Notes: generated by a model not told the origin, from the sequence alone. DNA of 20,000 nt from an uncultured virus (IMG/VR IMGVR_UViG_3300042867_000770) (IMGVR_UViG_3300042867_000770); one strand, 5' to 3'; shown: positions 1 through 8,363, counted from the first letter of the stretch. A program made the numbers and translations.

Positions 1-1
1 T

Positions 2-406
2 GATCATCCAGAATCCAGTGTGATAAATTTAAAGAATGTATGTCACAATGTTACAGAATGTCACTGGGAAGGTGATACTGTGGTTGGTACAATTGAAATT
101 TTAACAACACCAAGTGGTAATATTGCAAGAGATTTGATTAAAAACAATATTCGCATTGGTATTAGCAGTCGAGGTTTGGGAAGTGTTCGCAATGTGAATG
201 AAAACACTGTTGAAGTACAAGATGACTTTGAACTATTGTGTTTTGACCTTGTATCTTCACCAAGCACACGTGGTGCTTATATGAATCTTGCCGAAGGCAT
301 AGATCGTGAAAAACAATTGATTGGCGGCAATCAAGATCGCAAAGACATCAACAAATATTTAAAAATTGAAAATATCATTCGTGATATATTGTCAGAAACT
401 CGCTAA
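2..406 (+). CDS. gp21: Prohead core protease (T4 gp21-like, peptidase S77), 5'-truncated by the window edge
   Basis: The frame is open from base 2 (DHPESSVINLKNVCH...), matching the gp21 'ELDHP...INL..VSH' motif. It also has 'TPSG' and 'IGISSRGLGS...DF.L..FDLVSSPST'. It lies upstream of the scaffold and capsid genes. The GTG start at 20 in the ORF track is internal. Confidence 0.93.
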   Translation, partial: DHPESSVINLKNVCHNVTECHWEGDTVVGTIEILTTPSGNIARDLIKNNIRIGISSRGLGSVRNVNENTVEVQDDFELLCFDLVSSPSTRGAYMNLAEGIDREKQLIGGNQDRKDINKYLKIENIIRDILSETR

Positions 407-422
407 AATTAAACTCGCTAAA
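396..422 (+). repeat. 12-bp direct repeat AAACTCGCTAAA (396-407, 411-422) spanning the protease stop codon
   Basis: Read directly from the sequence. Confidence 0.8.
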
Positions 423-426
423 TTAT

Positions 427-1554
427 ATGAACGAAGCAACAGCACCAAACGAAACAGAAATCAAGAAAATTGTGCAATATCTTGCTATAGAAGCCACCAA
501 GTACCAAGATATGATTGGTCTTGATGCTGCACACGACATTGATATTTATGGGCTACAGTCCGCAATTGAAGATTCCAATAACAAAAAGATTCTAAATTTT
601 TGGAACAAGTTGAGCAGCAAGCAGAAGAACGAAATACATGATATGGTGTCAACATATTTATATAATAAAGCACTGAAAGCAGACCCAGATTATTATGGTG
701 ACGACCAACCAACTCCAGTAAATTACAAACTTTCATCAAAAACGGCAACTCCAACCAATGCTCCCGCTGGTGGTAATGAAGCCAAGTTGATAAAATCTCT
801 TGCAAAAAAAGCAGAAGATTGGATGAACTATGTTGATGTAGATTCTCCAGAAAACATATCTTATGATGATTTCGAGGAATTTGTCATAAACGATCCAAAA
901 AACAAAAAGCTTCAAGCATTTTGGAATTCAATGGGAAACAAAAAACAAGAAAATTTGTTCTATAAAGTAGTTGATGTTTTAGAAAAAAAATATGGCGATG
1001 GCGATGACATGTATGAGGGTCGCAATCTTTCCAACATCGCAAAGAAGATGATGAAAGAAAATAAATCAACACCTCTTATGCTAAATGGCAAGGCAGTTGA
1101 TGAAAAATCAATTGAAATTGACGGAGTTGATCGTAGAGATTATCCGGATTTTTCTGATGCTTATATTTCTGCTGCAAATTATATGGATGGTACACCACTC
1201 AGCGATAAAGAAATTGAAGAGTTGGATGATCAAAATAATGAATTGGTTCATGAAAAAATTCAAGACGATCAATTGTATATGCAAGAAGGTGAAGAAGAAA
1301 AACTTGGTGGTTCTGCATATGACAAAGAAGACAAAGAAGAAAGAGGACAATACTCAAACAAACCAAAGATGGCTGGTATTACATTCTTCAATGTTCCGTC
1401 TGGTAAAGAATCAATTGCTACACAATATGGTTTGACTCAATTCAAGAGTAGCAAATGGGGAATCAAACATAAAATTGGTAGAGACTATACTGGTGCAGTT
1501 TCTGCGGCTGAAAAAATATTTGGTAAAGGTCGTTATTGGCAGCCAAATAACTAA
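427..1554 (+). CDS. Modular hypothetical protein, probably head-associated/internal
   Basis: 375-aa ORF in the head cluster. It has two internal ~80-aa repeats (NNKKILNFWN / KNKKLQAFWN), a DYPDFSDAYI domain and a short C-terminal domain, joined by acidic linkers. Confidence 0.75.
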   Translation: MNEATAPNETEIKKIVQYLAIEATKYQDMIGLDAAHDIDIYGLQSAIEDSNNKKILNFWNKLSSKQKNEIHDMVSTYLYNKALKADPDYYGDDQPTPVNYKLSSKTATPTNAPAGGNEAKLIKSLAKKAEDWMNYVDVDSPENISYDDFEEFVINDPKNKKLQAFWNSMGNKKQENLFYKVVDVLEKKYGDGDDMYEGRNLSNIAKKMMKENKSTPLMLNGKAVDEKSIEIDGVDRRDYPDFSDAYISAANYMDGTPLSDKEIEELDDQNNELVHEKIQDDQLYMQEGEEEKLGGSAYDKEDKEERGQYSNKPKMAGITFFNVPSGKESIATQYGLTQFKSSKWGIKHKIGRDYTGAVSAAEKIFGKGRYWQPNN

Positions 1555-1582
1555 TTTTACACAATTTACATAAATTGATATA

Positions 1583-1590
1583 TATTTATA
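1583..1590 (+). promoter_or_regulatory. TATTTATA putative late-promoter element
   Basis: Ends 4 nt before the ATG at 1595. The same motif recurs upstream of other genes. Confidence 0.55.
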
Positions 1591-1594
1591 ACAT

Positions 1595-2326
1595 ATGAGC
1601 AACAAAATCACAAATCCATTTCTAAAACAACTTATCTCTGGTATATCTCAAAAAGCTACTCAAGGTCGTATAACAGGCGTTGATTGGAATATTCTTGAAG
1701 AAGCCAAGAAAAATAAAAAAGTTGCAAAGAAAACTTTGAAAAAAGAAGGTGATGAAAAAAAGAATCCAGCAGATGATGCTGGTGGAGAAGATGCTGGCGG
1801 ATTACCACCACTAGGAGGCAAAGATGAAGCACCAACCAATGAACCAAAAGCAAACGCGGGTGGTAAAGATGCAGGTGCTGATGCACCGCCCGATGGTGGA
1901 AAAGAAGACGCTGGTGATGATGCACTCGCAGGACTTGGTGGAGAAGAAGGTGGTACAGAAGAAGATTCTGAAGAAGCGCAGGCTGACGCTGCCGAAGCAA
2001 AAGCAGAACTAGAAAAAGCCAAAGCTGAAAAAGATCAAGCCGAAAAAGAAATCAAAAAACATTCTTATATAAAACTTGGTTCCAATTCTGGTACACAATT
2101 TCTATTAGGAAAGATTTTGGATCATGCGTTCAAGACCAATACAATTGATGCACTGGCCGGTGAAATGGTACAAAAACTAAAAATCACCACTCCAGAAGAC
2201 ATCAATGCATTTAGTGAAGAAACTGCATCATACAGAGTAATTCCAGGTTTTCCAGAACTGTTGTCTTCTATGAAAACAATGGCAACCAAACAACCAGAAG
2301 AAACTGAAGAAGAACCATCAGCTTAA
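1595..2326 (+). CDS. Hypothetical head-cluster protein with disordered acidic/Gly-rich centre and a coiled coil
   Basis: 243-aa ORF with a D/E/G/A-rich middle and an AEAKAELEKAKAEK heptad pattern. It lies between the protease and the scaffold. Confidence 0.75.
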   Translation: MSNKITNPFLKQLISGISQKATQGRITGVDWNILEEAKKNKKVAKKTLKKEGDEKKNPADDAGGEDAGGLPPLGGKDEAPTNEPKANAGGKDAGADAPPDGGKEDAGDDALAGLGGEEGGTEEDSEEAQADAAEAKAELEKAKAEKDQAEKEIKKHSYIKLGSNSGTQFLLGKILDHAFKTNTIDALAGEMVQKLKITTPEDINAFSEETASYRVIPGFPELLSSMKTMATKQPEETEEEPSA

Positions 2327-2334
2327 TAATTTTT

Positions 2335-2784
2335 ATGAAAATACTTAAACTAAGACCTCTGATTGAAGGTATTGACCAACCAACCAACAATGCTCAACAA
2401 AAAGAATGGACTAATGAAGAAAAGAAATCTGCACTTGATTCCATTGGCCGTTATAACGAATATGGAAATCTTTTGCGTCGTCCACCAGAAGGTAATTTGA
2501 TGGAGATTGCTCATACATTAAGCAAGATTACAGAAGCTGCTGAAAAATTTACTCTCAGTGAAACTGGTGACGATTGGTTTGATAAAAACACTGTGTCACG
2601 CAACATGAAAGATTTGCGCCGTGTTAGTGAAGAATTCAACAAACTTGCTAAAGAAGCACACACTGTTCAACAACGTATGGAAGCATTATATGAAGATGGT
2701 GGGCATGTATTGGGTCGTTACTTTGAAATTAAAGATTTGAACGAAGGCACTGGTCCAGCAATCAGTAAAATTGCAAAAAAGTAA
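2335..2784 (+). CDS. Hypothetical helical head-cluster (prohead core-like) protein
   Basis: 149-aa ORF with N-terminus MKILKLRPLIE and a coiled-coil-like centre, immediately upstream of the scaffold gene. Confidence 0.75.
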   Translation: MKILKLRPLIEGIDQPTNNAQQKEWTNEEKKSALDSIGRYNEYGNLLRRPPEGNLMEIAHTLSKITEAAEKFTLSETGDDWFDKNTVSRNMKDLRRVSEEFNKLAKEAHTVQQRMEALYEDGGHVLGRYFEIKDLNEGTGPAISKIAKK

Positions 2785-2824
2785 ATAATATTATATATTT
2801 TTACGTTTTTTGTAAGTGTGTATA

Positions 2825-2924
2825 TATTTATTTATTATAAAATGCACTATTATTTAGTGCGAGACAGTTCAAAATTTCATTTGAAACTCTAATAGTTTCA
2901 TCAACCAAAAAGGATAAAACTATT
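2825..2924 (+). promoter_or_regulatory. Putative promoter plus structured 5' leader of the scaffold-capsid operon
   Basis: TATTTATT at 2825-2832. Hairpins GCACTA-TTATT-TAGTGC (2844-2860) and TGAAACT-CTAAT-AGTTTCA (2882-2900). SD-like AAGGA shortly before the ATG at 2925. Confidence 0.55.
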
Positions 2925-4277
2925 ATGTCAGATCTATTAAAACAAGCAATTGCCGACGCCAAAGCCGTTCGTGCCACTGCTCTATCAAACGCAAAAGCTG
3001 CTCTCGAAGAGCACTTTGCTCCGAAACTACAAAGCATGTTGTCTGAAAAGCTACGTGCCGAGATGGAAGGCGAAGAAGAAGTCGCACCAGCACCAGAAGC
3101 TCCAGCACCAGAAGCTCCAGCACCAGAAGCTGCATTGCCAACCGATGATATGGGTGGCGAAGAAATGGCTGCACCAGAAGCTCCATTGCCAATGGATGAT
3201 ATGGGTGGCGAAGCTGCTCCAGCACCAGAAGCTCCATTGCCAACCGATGATATGGGTGGCGAAGATGAGTTGTCTGAACTAAATATTGAAGATGACACTG
3301 GATATATGACCGAAGGTGAAAAAGCTTCTGGTGATTACAAAAAGACCACCAAGGGTCACAACACAGAAGATCCAGGTAAGAAGATGGTAAAGTCGGTTGG
3401 AGCCGCAATCGGCGGAACCAAAGGTTCTCTACCAGCCGCCAAGAAACACGCAAAAGCGTCGTCGGACTATACCAAGACCACAAATGGTCACAAGACTGAT
3501 GATCCACAAGGTCAAGGAAATGAAGTATCCAACGGCGGATATGACAATGACACAACAGCCTTGAAAGAAAACGAAGAAGTTGATGAAGCTTCTTTGGATG
3601 AAATCCTAAAAGAATTGGAAGACGGTCTGAATGACGTTGGTGGCATGGAAGATGTGGCAGCTGAAGAGGCTCCAGTTTCCGAAGCATCCGACGAAATAGT
3701 CGATCTTGATGAACTTCTATCTGAAACGGACGATAAAGACGCCGAAGAAGAAATTGAAGAAGGAAAGCTTCCAAAGGGTCTTGCTGATTACCAAGCCAAA
3801 AAAGCTGGTAAATCAAAAGACGACGACGATGAAGAAAAAGAAACCGTCAAAGAAAATATTTCGTTGAAGAAGGAACTAGCAGAATACCGTAGCGCAGTCG
3901 TTTATCTACGGGACCGCATCAATGAAGTTAACCTGCTCAATGCCAAGCTGTTGTATACGAACAAGTTGTTCAAACAAGCCAGCCTAAACAATGAGCAAAA
4001 ACTAAAAGTAATCGAGTCATTTGACCTCACGAAATCGGTTCGTGAAGCCAAACTTGTTTACGCTACGTTGGCCGAATCATTTAATTTCGGTGGAAAAAAG
4101 ACAGTTGTTGCAGCACCAGCCACTAAAAAGGTTGTTTCTCAAACTGTTAGATCCATCACCGAAGGACTCGCCTCCAAGCCAGTTGCATCAACAAGACCGA
4201 CAAAAGCCGCTGTTCTTACAGAAGGAGCCGAAATGGCAAACCGCTTTAAGAAATTGGCCGGTATTCGCAGTAAATAA
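2925..4277 (+). CDS. Prohead scaffolding/core protein
   Basis: 450-aa very acidic, low-complexity protein with helical N- and C-termini (coiled coil ending RFKKLAGI). It lies directly upstream of the major capsid gene and has many (I/L/M)-x-E sites of the kind cut by gp21. Confidence 0.82.
   Translation: MSDLLKQAIADAKAVRATALSNAKAALEEHFAPKLQSMLSEKLRAEMEGEEEVAPAPEAPAPEAPAPEAALPTDDMGGEEMAAPEAPLPMDDMGGEAAPAPEAPLPTDDMGGEDELSELNIEDDTGYMTEGEKASGDYKKTTKGHNTEDPGKKMVKSVGAAIGGTKGSLPAAKKHAKASSDYTKTTNGHKTDDPQGQGNEVSNGGYDNDTTALKENEEVDEASLDEILKELEDGLNDVGGMEDVAAEEAPVSEASDEIVDLDELLSETDDKDAEEEIEEGKLPKGLADYQAKKAGKSKDDDDEEKETVKENISLKKELAEYRSAVVYLRDRINEVNLLNAKLLYTNKLFKQASLNNEQKLKVIESFDLTKSVREAKLVYATLAESFNFGGKKTVVAAPATKKVVSQTVRSITEGLASKPVASTRPTKAAVLTEGAEMANRFKKLAGIRSK
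3084..3263 (+). repeat. Coding tandem repeats (APEAP)n and 3x APEA(A/P)LP(T/M)DDMGGE in the scaffold
   Basis: Repeated GCACCAGAAGCT and GATGATATGGGTGGCGAA units. Confidence 0.9.
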
Positions 4278-4317
4278 GTAAGTAAAAACAATCAACACCT
4301 AAATATAGGAAATTATT

Positions 4318-5928
4318 ATGTCAGACATCAAATCACTACTAAGCGAGACATCGAACCCAATGGTTCAACTAATGTCTCAAACCCGTGGTCTAATGACCAA
4401 ATGGGAAAAAACAGGGCTTCTAGAAGGCATCAAGACCGACATGGAAAAGTCACACATGTCTATCCTTTTGGAAAATCAAGCAAAGCAACTAATTGACGAA
4501 GCTACCCGCACAGGTACCTCCGCCAATTCCGAACAATGGGCGGGCGTTGCTCTACCACTGGTTCGTCGCGTTTTCGCTGAAATCGCAGCCAAGGAATTTG
4601 TATCGGTTCAACCGATGAATCTTCCTTCTGGTCTAGTATTCTATCTGGACTTCAAATATGGTTCCAACCAAGCCGGTAAACCAAGCTTCAGCGGACAATC
4701 GCTGTTCGGCGGTACAGGCACCAAGTTGGGTTCTACCGATAGCGCAACCAATGGTCTATATGGCCAAGGTCGTTTCGGTTATACCATGAATGACTCAACA
4801 ACGTCCCTAACCGGAACTGCTGCTACTGGTTCTTGGCTCGACGCAAAGTTCGTTCCAGAACTTTCCGCGTCTGTAGATGCTACCCAAATATTCCGCGTTA
4901 CCGCTGACTTGACAGGTACAGGCTATGATGCAACAGGCATCCGAGCTTTCACCGTTTCTGGTTCTGGAATCGTTGATTTCTATCCAGCATTCACCACTGT
5001 TGACACAGCCACTGACGTTGTAACATTCGTCGTATCTGGTTCCGCAATTGGAGCAACCCCAACCGTGCTTGTTGCTTATCATAAGCAACCAGAAGCCACC
5101 TCCCGTGGTGACTTTGAAGATCAAGGTGCTGGATTGCCAAACGCCACTGGCGTAGCAAACGACATTGGTATTCCAGAAGTCAATCTGGAACTGAAGAGCG
5201 AAGCCATTGTTGCCAAGACTCGTAAGTTGAAAGCCGTCTGGACACCAGAATTGGCTCAAGACTTGAATGCATATCACTCTATCGACGCAGAAGCCGAGCT
5301 AACCGCTCTTCTATCTGAATACGTTTCGATGGAAATTGATTTGGAAATCTTGGACATGTTGGTCACAGCTGCTCCAGCTGCCACAACTGAATTCTGGTCA
5401 GCTCGCGTTGGCGCTGAATACAATGCTACTCTTGGTAAGTTCCAAGACACAGCTGCTAACCGCACTGCATATGTCAAGAGCACATGGTTCCAAACCTTGG
5501 GCAACAAGATCCAAAAGGTCTCGAACAAGATTCACCAATTGACACTGCGCGGCGGTGCAAACTTCCTAGTTTGCTCACCAGACGTTGCTACAATCATTGA
5601 ATCCATTCCAGGCTTCAGTACCAACACGGACGGCGACCAAGCCAAGTTCGCAATGGGCGTTGCCAAAGTTGGCGCTCTGAGCAACCGTTGGACAGTATAC
5701 AAGAACCCATACATGACAGACAATGTTATGTTGGTAGGTTTCCGTGGAACAAACTTCCTAGAAACCGGCGCTGTTTACGCTCCATACATTCCACTGATTC
5801 AAACACCGTTGGTGTATGACCCAGTGAACTTTACTCCACGTCGTGGCGTAATGACACGTTATGCCAAGAAGATGCTCCGCCCGGAATTTTTTGGGAAAAT
5901 TGTTATCGGCAACTTGGACGAAGTATAA
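4318..5928 (+). CDS. gp23: Major capsid protein (T4 gp23-like)
   Basis: Motifs LLENQ, LPLVRR, VSVQPMNLPSGLVFYL, AKTRKLKAVWTPELAQDL.AYH.IDAEAEL, YAPYIPL, DP.NFTPRRGVMTRY are hallmarks of gp23. SD-like AGGA upstream. Confidence 0.97.
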   Translation: MSDIKSLLSETSNPMVQLMSQTRGLMTKWEKTGLLEGIKTDMEKSHMSILLENQAKQLIDEATRTGTSANSEQWAGVALPLVRRVFAEIAAKEFVSVQPMNLPSGLVFYLDFKYGSNQAGKPSFSGQSLFGGTGTKLGSTDSATNGLYGQGRFGYTMNDSTTSLTGTAATGSWLDAKFVPELSASVDATQIFRVTADLTGTGYDATGIRAFTVSGSGIVDFYPAFTTVDTATDVVTFVVSGSAIGATPTVLVAYHKQPEATSRGDFEDQGAGLPNATGVANDIGIPEVNLELKSEAIVAKTRKLKAVWTPELAQDLNAYHSIDAEAELTALLSEYVSMEIDLEILDMLVTAAPAATTEFWSARVGAEYNATLGKFQDTAANRTAYVKSTWFQTLGNKIQKVSNKIHQLTLRGGANFLVCSPDVATIIESIPGFSTNTDGDQAKFAMGVAKVGALSNRWTVYKNPYMTDNVMLVGFRGTNFLETGAVYAPYIPLIQTPLVYDPVNFTPRRGVMTRYAKKMLRPEFFGKIVIGNLDEV

Positions 5929-5956
5929 TAGTTCATCTCTTAAACAGAGATTTTAT

Positions 5957-5989
5957 AAAAAAGACCGCTCGAAAGGGCGGTCTTTTTTT
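5957..5989 (+). terminator. Rho-independent terminator, possibly bidirectional
   Basis: A-run, stem AGACCGCTC / GGGCGGTCT with a GAAA (GNRA) loop, then a T7 run, just after the capsid gene. Confidence 0.92.
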
Positions 5990-6051
5990 GTTTATTTATT
6001 TTGCTTTTTGGTTGGACTGGTATGTATTTATGAGTATAACTCAATCTATTT

Positions 6052-6798
6052 ATGGTAAAATCTGGAATATACAAAATAACAAATGAAATAACTGGAAAAT
6101 TTTATGTCGGATCTTCTATAGATATAGATCAGCGTTTTTTGGATCACAGGAGGGATTTAAACAATAAAACTCATGTAAATATAATATTACAACGCTCGTG
6201 GGAAAAGCATGGCGAAAAAGCATTTTCTATCGCAATATTAGAAGAATGTTCTCCGGAAAAGTGCTTTGAAAGAGAACAATATTATCTAGACACACTTCAA
6301 CCATATAAATCAATCGGGTATAATATTGGAAAACATGCCGGTGGGGGTGACAATTTTACACACAATCCAAACAAAGAATCTATGCGAGAAAAAAACAGAC
6401 TGATGTCGTCGGGAGAAAATAATGCAATGTTTGGAAAAAATCACACAGACGAATCAATAGAAAAACTTAAAAACAAAGCAAAAGGTCGTTTTTCTCTTGA
6501 ATGGTTTGTAGAACGAAATGGTCAAGAAATTGGTACTCAAAAATATCAAGAACGTCGTAAAATGCTATCATCTCGTAAAATCAATTATAGCCACGTAAAT
6601 AAAAATAAAGGAAAAAAGATCGTTGTAGAATCGACTAGAGGAGATAGTGTGAGCCGTGGAAGAAATGCACTAAAAGGTAGAAAAGAAGAATTTTTACTTG
6701 ATATATCTAATCAAGAATTGTCTAGTAAACAGATTGCTGACAAGTATGGAATATCAACTGCGGCAGTAAAGTATCACAGAAACAAGTTGAAAAAGTAA
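6052..6798 (+). CDS. Free-standing GIY-YIG homing endonuclease (Seg-like) with a NUMOD3-like motif and C-terminal HTH
   Basis: SGIYKITN...FYVGSS...R...H motif and REQYYLD...YN. NAMFGKNHTDESIEKL is NUMOD3-like. SSKQIADKYGISTAAVKYH is a helix-turn-helix. Confidence 0.92.
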   Translation: MVKSGIYKITNEITGKFYVGSSIDIDQRFLDHRRDLNNKTHVNIILQRSWEKHGEKAFSIAILEECSPEKCFEREQYYLDTLQPYKSIGYNIGKHAGGGDNFTHNPNKESMREKNRLMSSGENNAMFGKNHTDESIEKLKNKAKGRFSLEWFVERNGQEIGTQKYQERRKMLSSRKINYSHVNKNKGKKIVVESTRGDSVSRGRNALKGRKEEFLLDISNQELSSKQIADKYGISTAAVKYHRNKLKK

Positions 6799-6823
6799 CC
6801 GTATATATAATATATATTATACC

Positions 6824-7618
6824 ATGCTTATGAAGAAAATATATTACTATTCATTGTGTTTGTTAACATTGGTTACTGTTTTGGTTGCCAATCCAATTGA
6901 TGACAAAGCATCTCAATTTGTTGTGAATGGTGCGCCAATCAGCAAAATTGTAAAAGATACTCAGTATATAATCAAAAAGAATTATGCTATACATTATCGC
7001 TATGATACCAAAACAGCTGAATATGTTGTAGAACATCCAACACTTGAAAAGATCAATGGAAAATCAAAACGTAAAGATGATTTTAGACCAGACCCAGAAA
7101 TAGCAAAGCAACATCAATCATTATTAAGTGATTATGCTGGAAATCCATTTGATCGTGGTCATCTTGTGCCTGCTGGAGACAATACTCAAAATGATGATGT
7201 TATGAGTGAAAGTTTCTTTCTTTCTAATATGGTTCCTCAAGTTCCTAATCATAATAGAGGAATTTGGAAACAATTGGAAACTGCTGTTAGAAATTGGGTA
7301 ATTGAAGGCAAAGATGTATATGTTATAACTGGCACATTTTATAACAAAGGATATAAAGAAATTGGTAATAACAAAGTTGGTATTCCAGATTATATGTGGA
7401 AAGTTATTGTAGATTCAAAATCAAACAAGGGTATTGCATTTATGTTTCCTAATGCTCCACTGCCAGTTGAAGACCTTCATAAATATATTGTATCTATATC
7501 AGAGATAGAAGTCAAGACTGGAATAAATTTCAATCCAAAGTTGCCAGAAAAACAACAAAATGAATTGGAAAAGTCAAAAGCAGATCAAAAAGATTGGTCT
7601 AGCTTAACAAAGAAATAA
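6824..7618 (+). CDS. DNA/RNA non-specific endonuclease (NucA/Serratia/EndoG family) with N-terminal signal peptide
   Basis: R.DDFRPDP, FDRGHLVPAGD (catalytic DRGH), ESF.LSNMVPQ...NRGIWKQLE and IP..WKVI. The N-terminus MKKIYYYSLCLLTLVTVLVA looks like a Sec signal; the real start may be 6830. Confidence 0.93.
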   Translation: MLMKKIYYYSLCLLTLVTVLVANPIDDKASQFVVNGAPISKIVKDTQYIIKKNYAIHYRYDTKTAEYVVEHPTLEKINGKSKRKDDFRPDPEIAKQHQSLLSDYAGNPFDRGHLVPAGDNTQNDDVMSESFFLSNMVPQVPNHNRGIWKQLETAVRNWVIEGKDVYVITGTFYNKGYKEIGNNKVGIPDYMWKVIVDSKSNKGIAFMFPNAPLPVEDLHKYIVSISEIEVKTGINFNPKLPEKQQNELEKSKADQKDWSSLTKK

Positions 7619-7619
7619 T

Positions 7620-8276
7620 TTAACCAGCTGCTTTAAATACAGCAGCGTTCCAGTCCATACGTTTTTTTACACCACGATTGTTTGTGCTGCGATATTCTCT
7701 GTGGTTTAAATATTCCTTTGCAGCATCAGCAAACTTGTTTTGGTTCAACAACTTTATTGTTTTTGGTCCCATGTCACCACGATATAATGCATTGATTGTT
7801 GCAATTCTCACGGTTAATGGCATACTATCAAATTTTTCTATATGTTTTTTGGCAACATCAATCTTTTTATTAGCGTCTTTTTCAAGTAATTTCAATGCAT
7901 CATCGTCAGTTATACCTTTGCTAAAATCTTCATTTGGTTGAATTTTGTGACCATAAGCAATTGTGTCACTGCCGCCTTCAACACTTTTATGTGGAAACCA
8001 TAATTTCTTGACTTTATTATATCCACCTTTTGGATTGTTGATGTTGTTTTCAAATTGCTTGATTATATTCACAGCGCGAGTTGTTAAGTCGCCTGTGTCT
8101 CCTCTGTCGCTAAAATCAATATTATGCTGAGTATATGGCTTTCCTGCGCCATCCCCCGCTGGCTGTGCATATGCATGTTGTGCGGGAGGTGCAACAAGTT
8201 TGACTGGCGGTAAATCTGCCACGGCTTCAATGAGTTTTTGTTCATGTAACAGATCTTTCAGTTTTATTATACGCAT
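7620..8276 (-). CDS. Lysozyme-fold (phage lysozyme/GH24-like) muramidase with N-terminal extension
   Basis: IKQFE...DTIAYGHKI...GITDDDALKLLEKD and 'F.DAAKEYLN...RM' resemble T4-lysozyme-family motifs. The first ~65 aa are a non-catalytic leader/linker. Confidence 0.78.
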   Translation of the reverse strand: MRIIKLKDLLHEQKLIEAVADLPPVKLVAPPAQHAYAQPAGDGAGKPYTQHNIDFSDRGDTGDLTTRAVNIIKQFENNINNPKGGYNKVKKLWFPHKSVEGGSDTIAYGHKIQPNEDFSKGITDDDALKLLEKDANKKIDVAKKHIEKFDSMPLTVRIATINALYRGDMGPKTIKLLNQNKFADAAKEYLNHREYRSTNNRGVKKRMDWNAAVFKAAG

Positions 8277-8351
8277 ATATATTATAAGTATCTATGAAAC
8301 ATTTATTCTATGCGTATAATAAATATACCGATGTAAATCCGAACAGATTCA

Positions 8352-8359
8352 TATTTATA
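8352..8359 (+). promoter_or_regulatory. TATTTATA putative late-promoter element
   Basis: Ends 4 nt before the ATG at 8364, the same spacing as at 1583-1590. Confidence 0.55.
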
Positions 8360-8363
8360 TAAA

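Noticed and set aside
2828..3816. Minus-strand ORFs of 156 and 297 aa opposite the scaffold
   Set aside because: They are antisense shadows of a codon-biased, repeat-rich gene and show no recognisable motifs.
5929..6823. Group I intron carrying the GIY-YIG gene
   Set aside because: The capsid gene is complete with its stop and terminator, the downstream gene starts independently, and there is no room for intron core elements.
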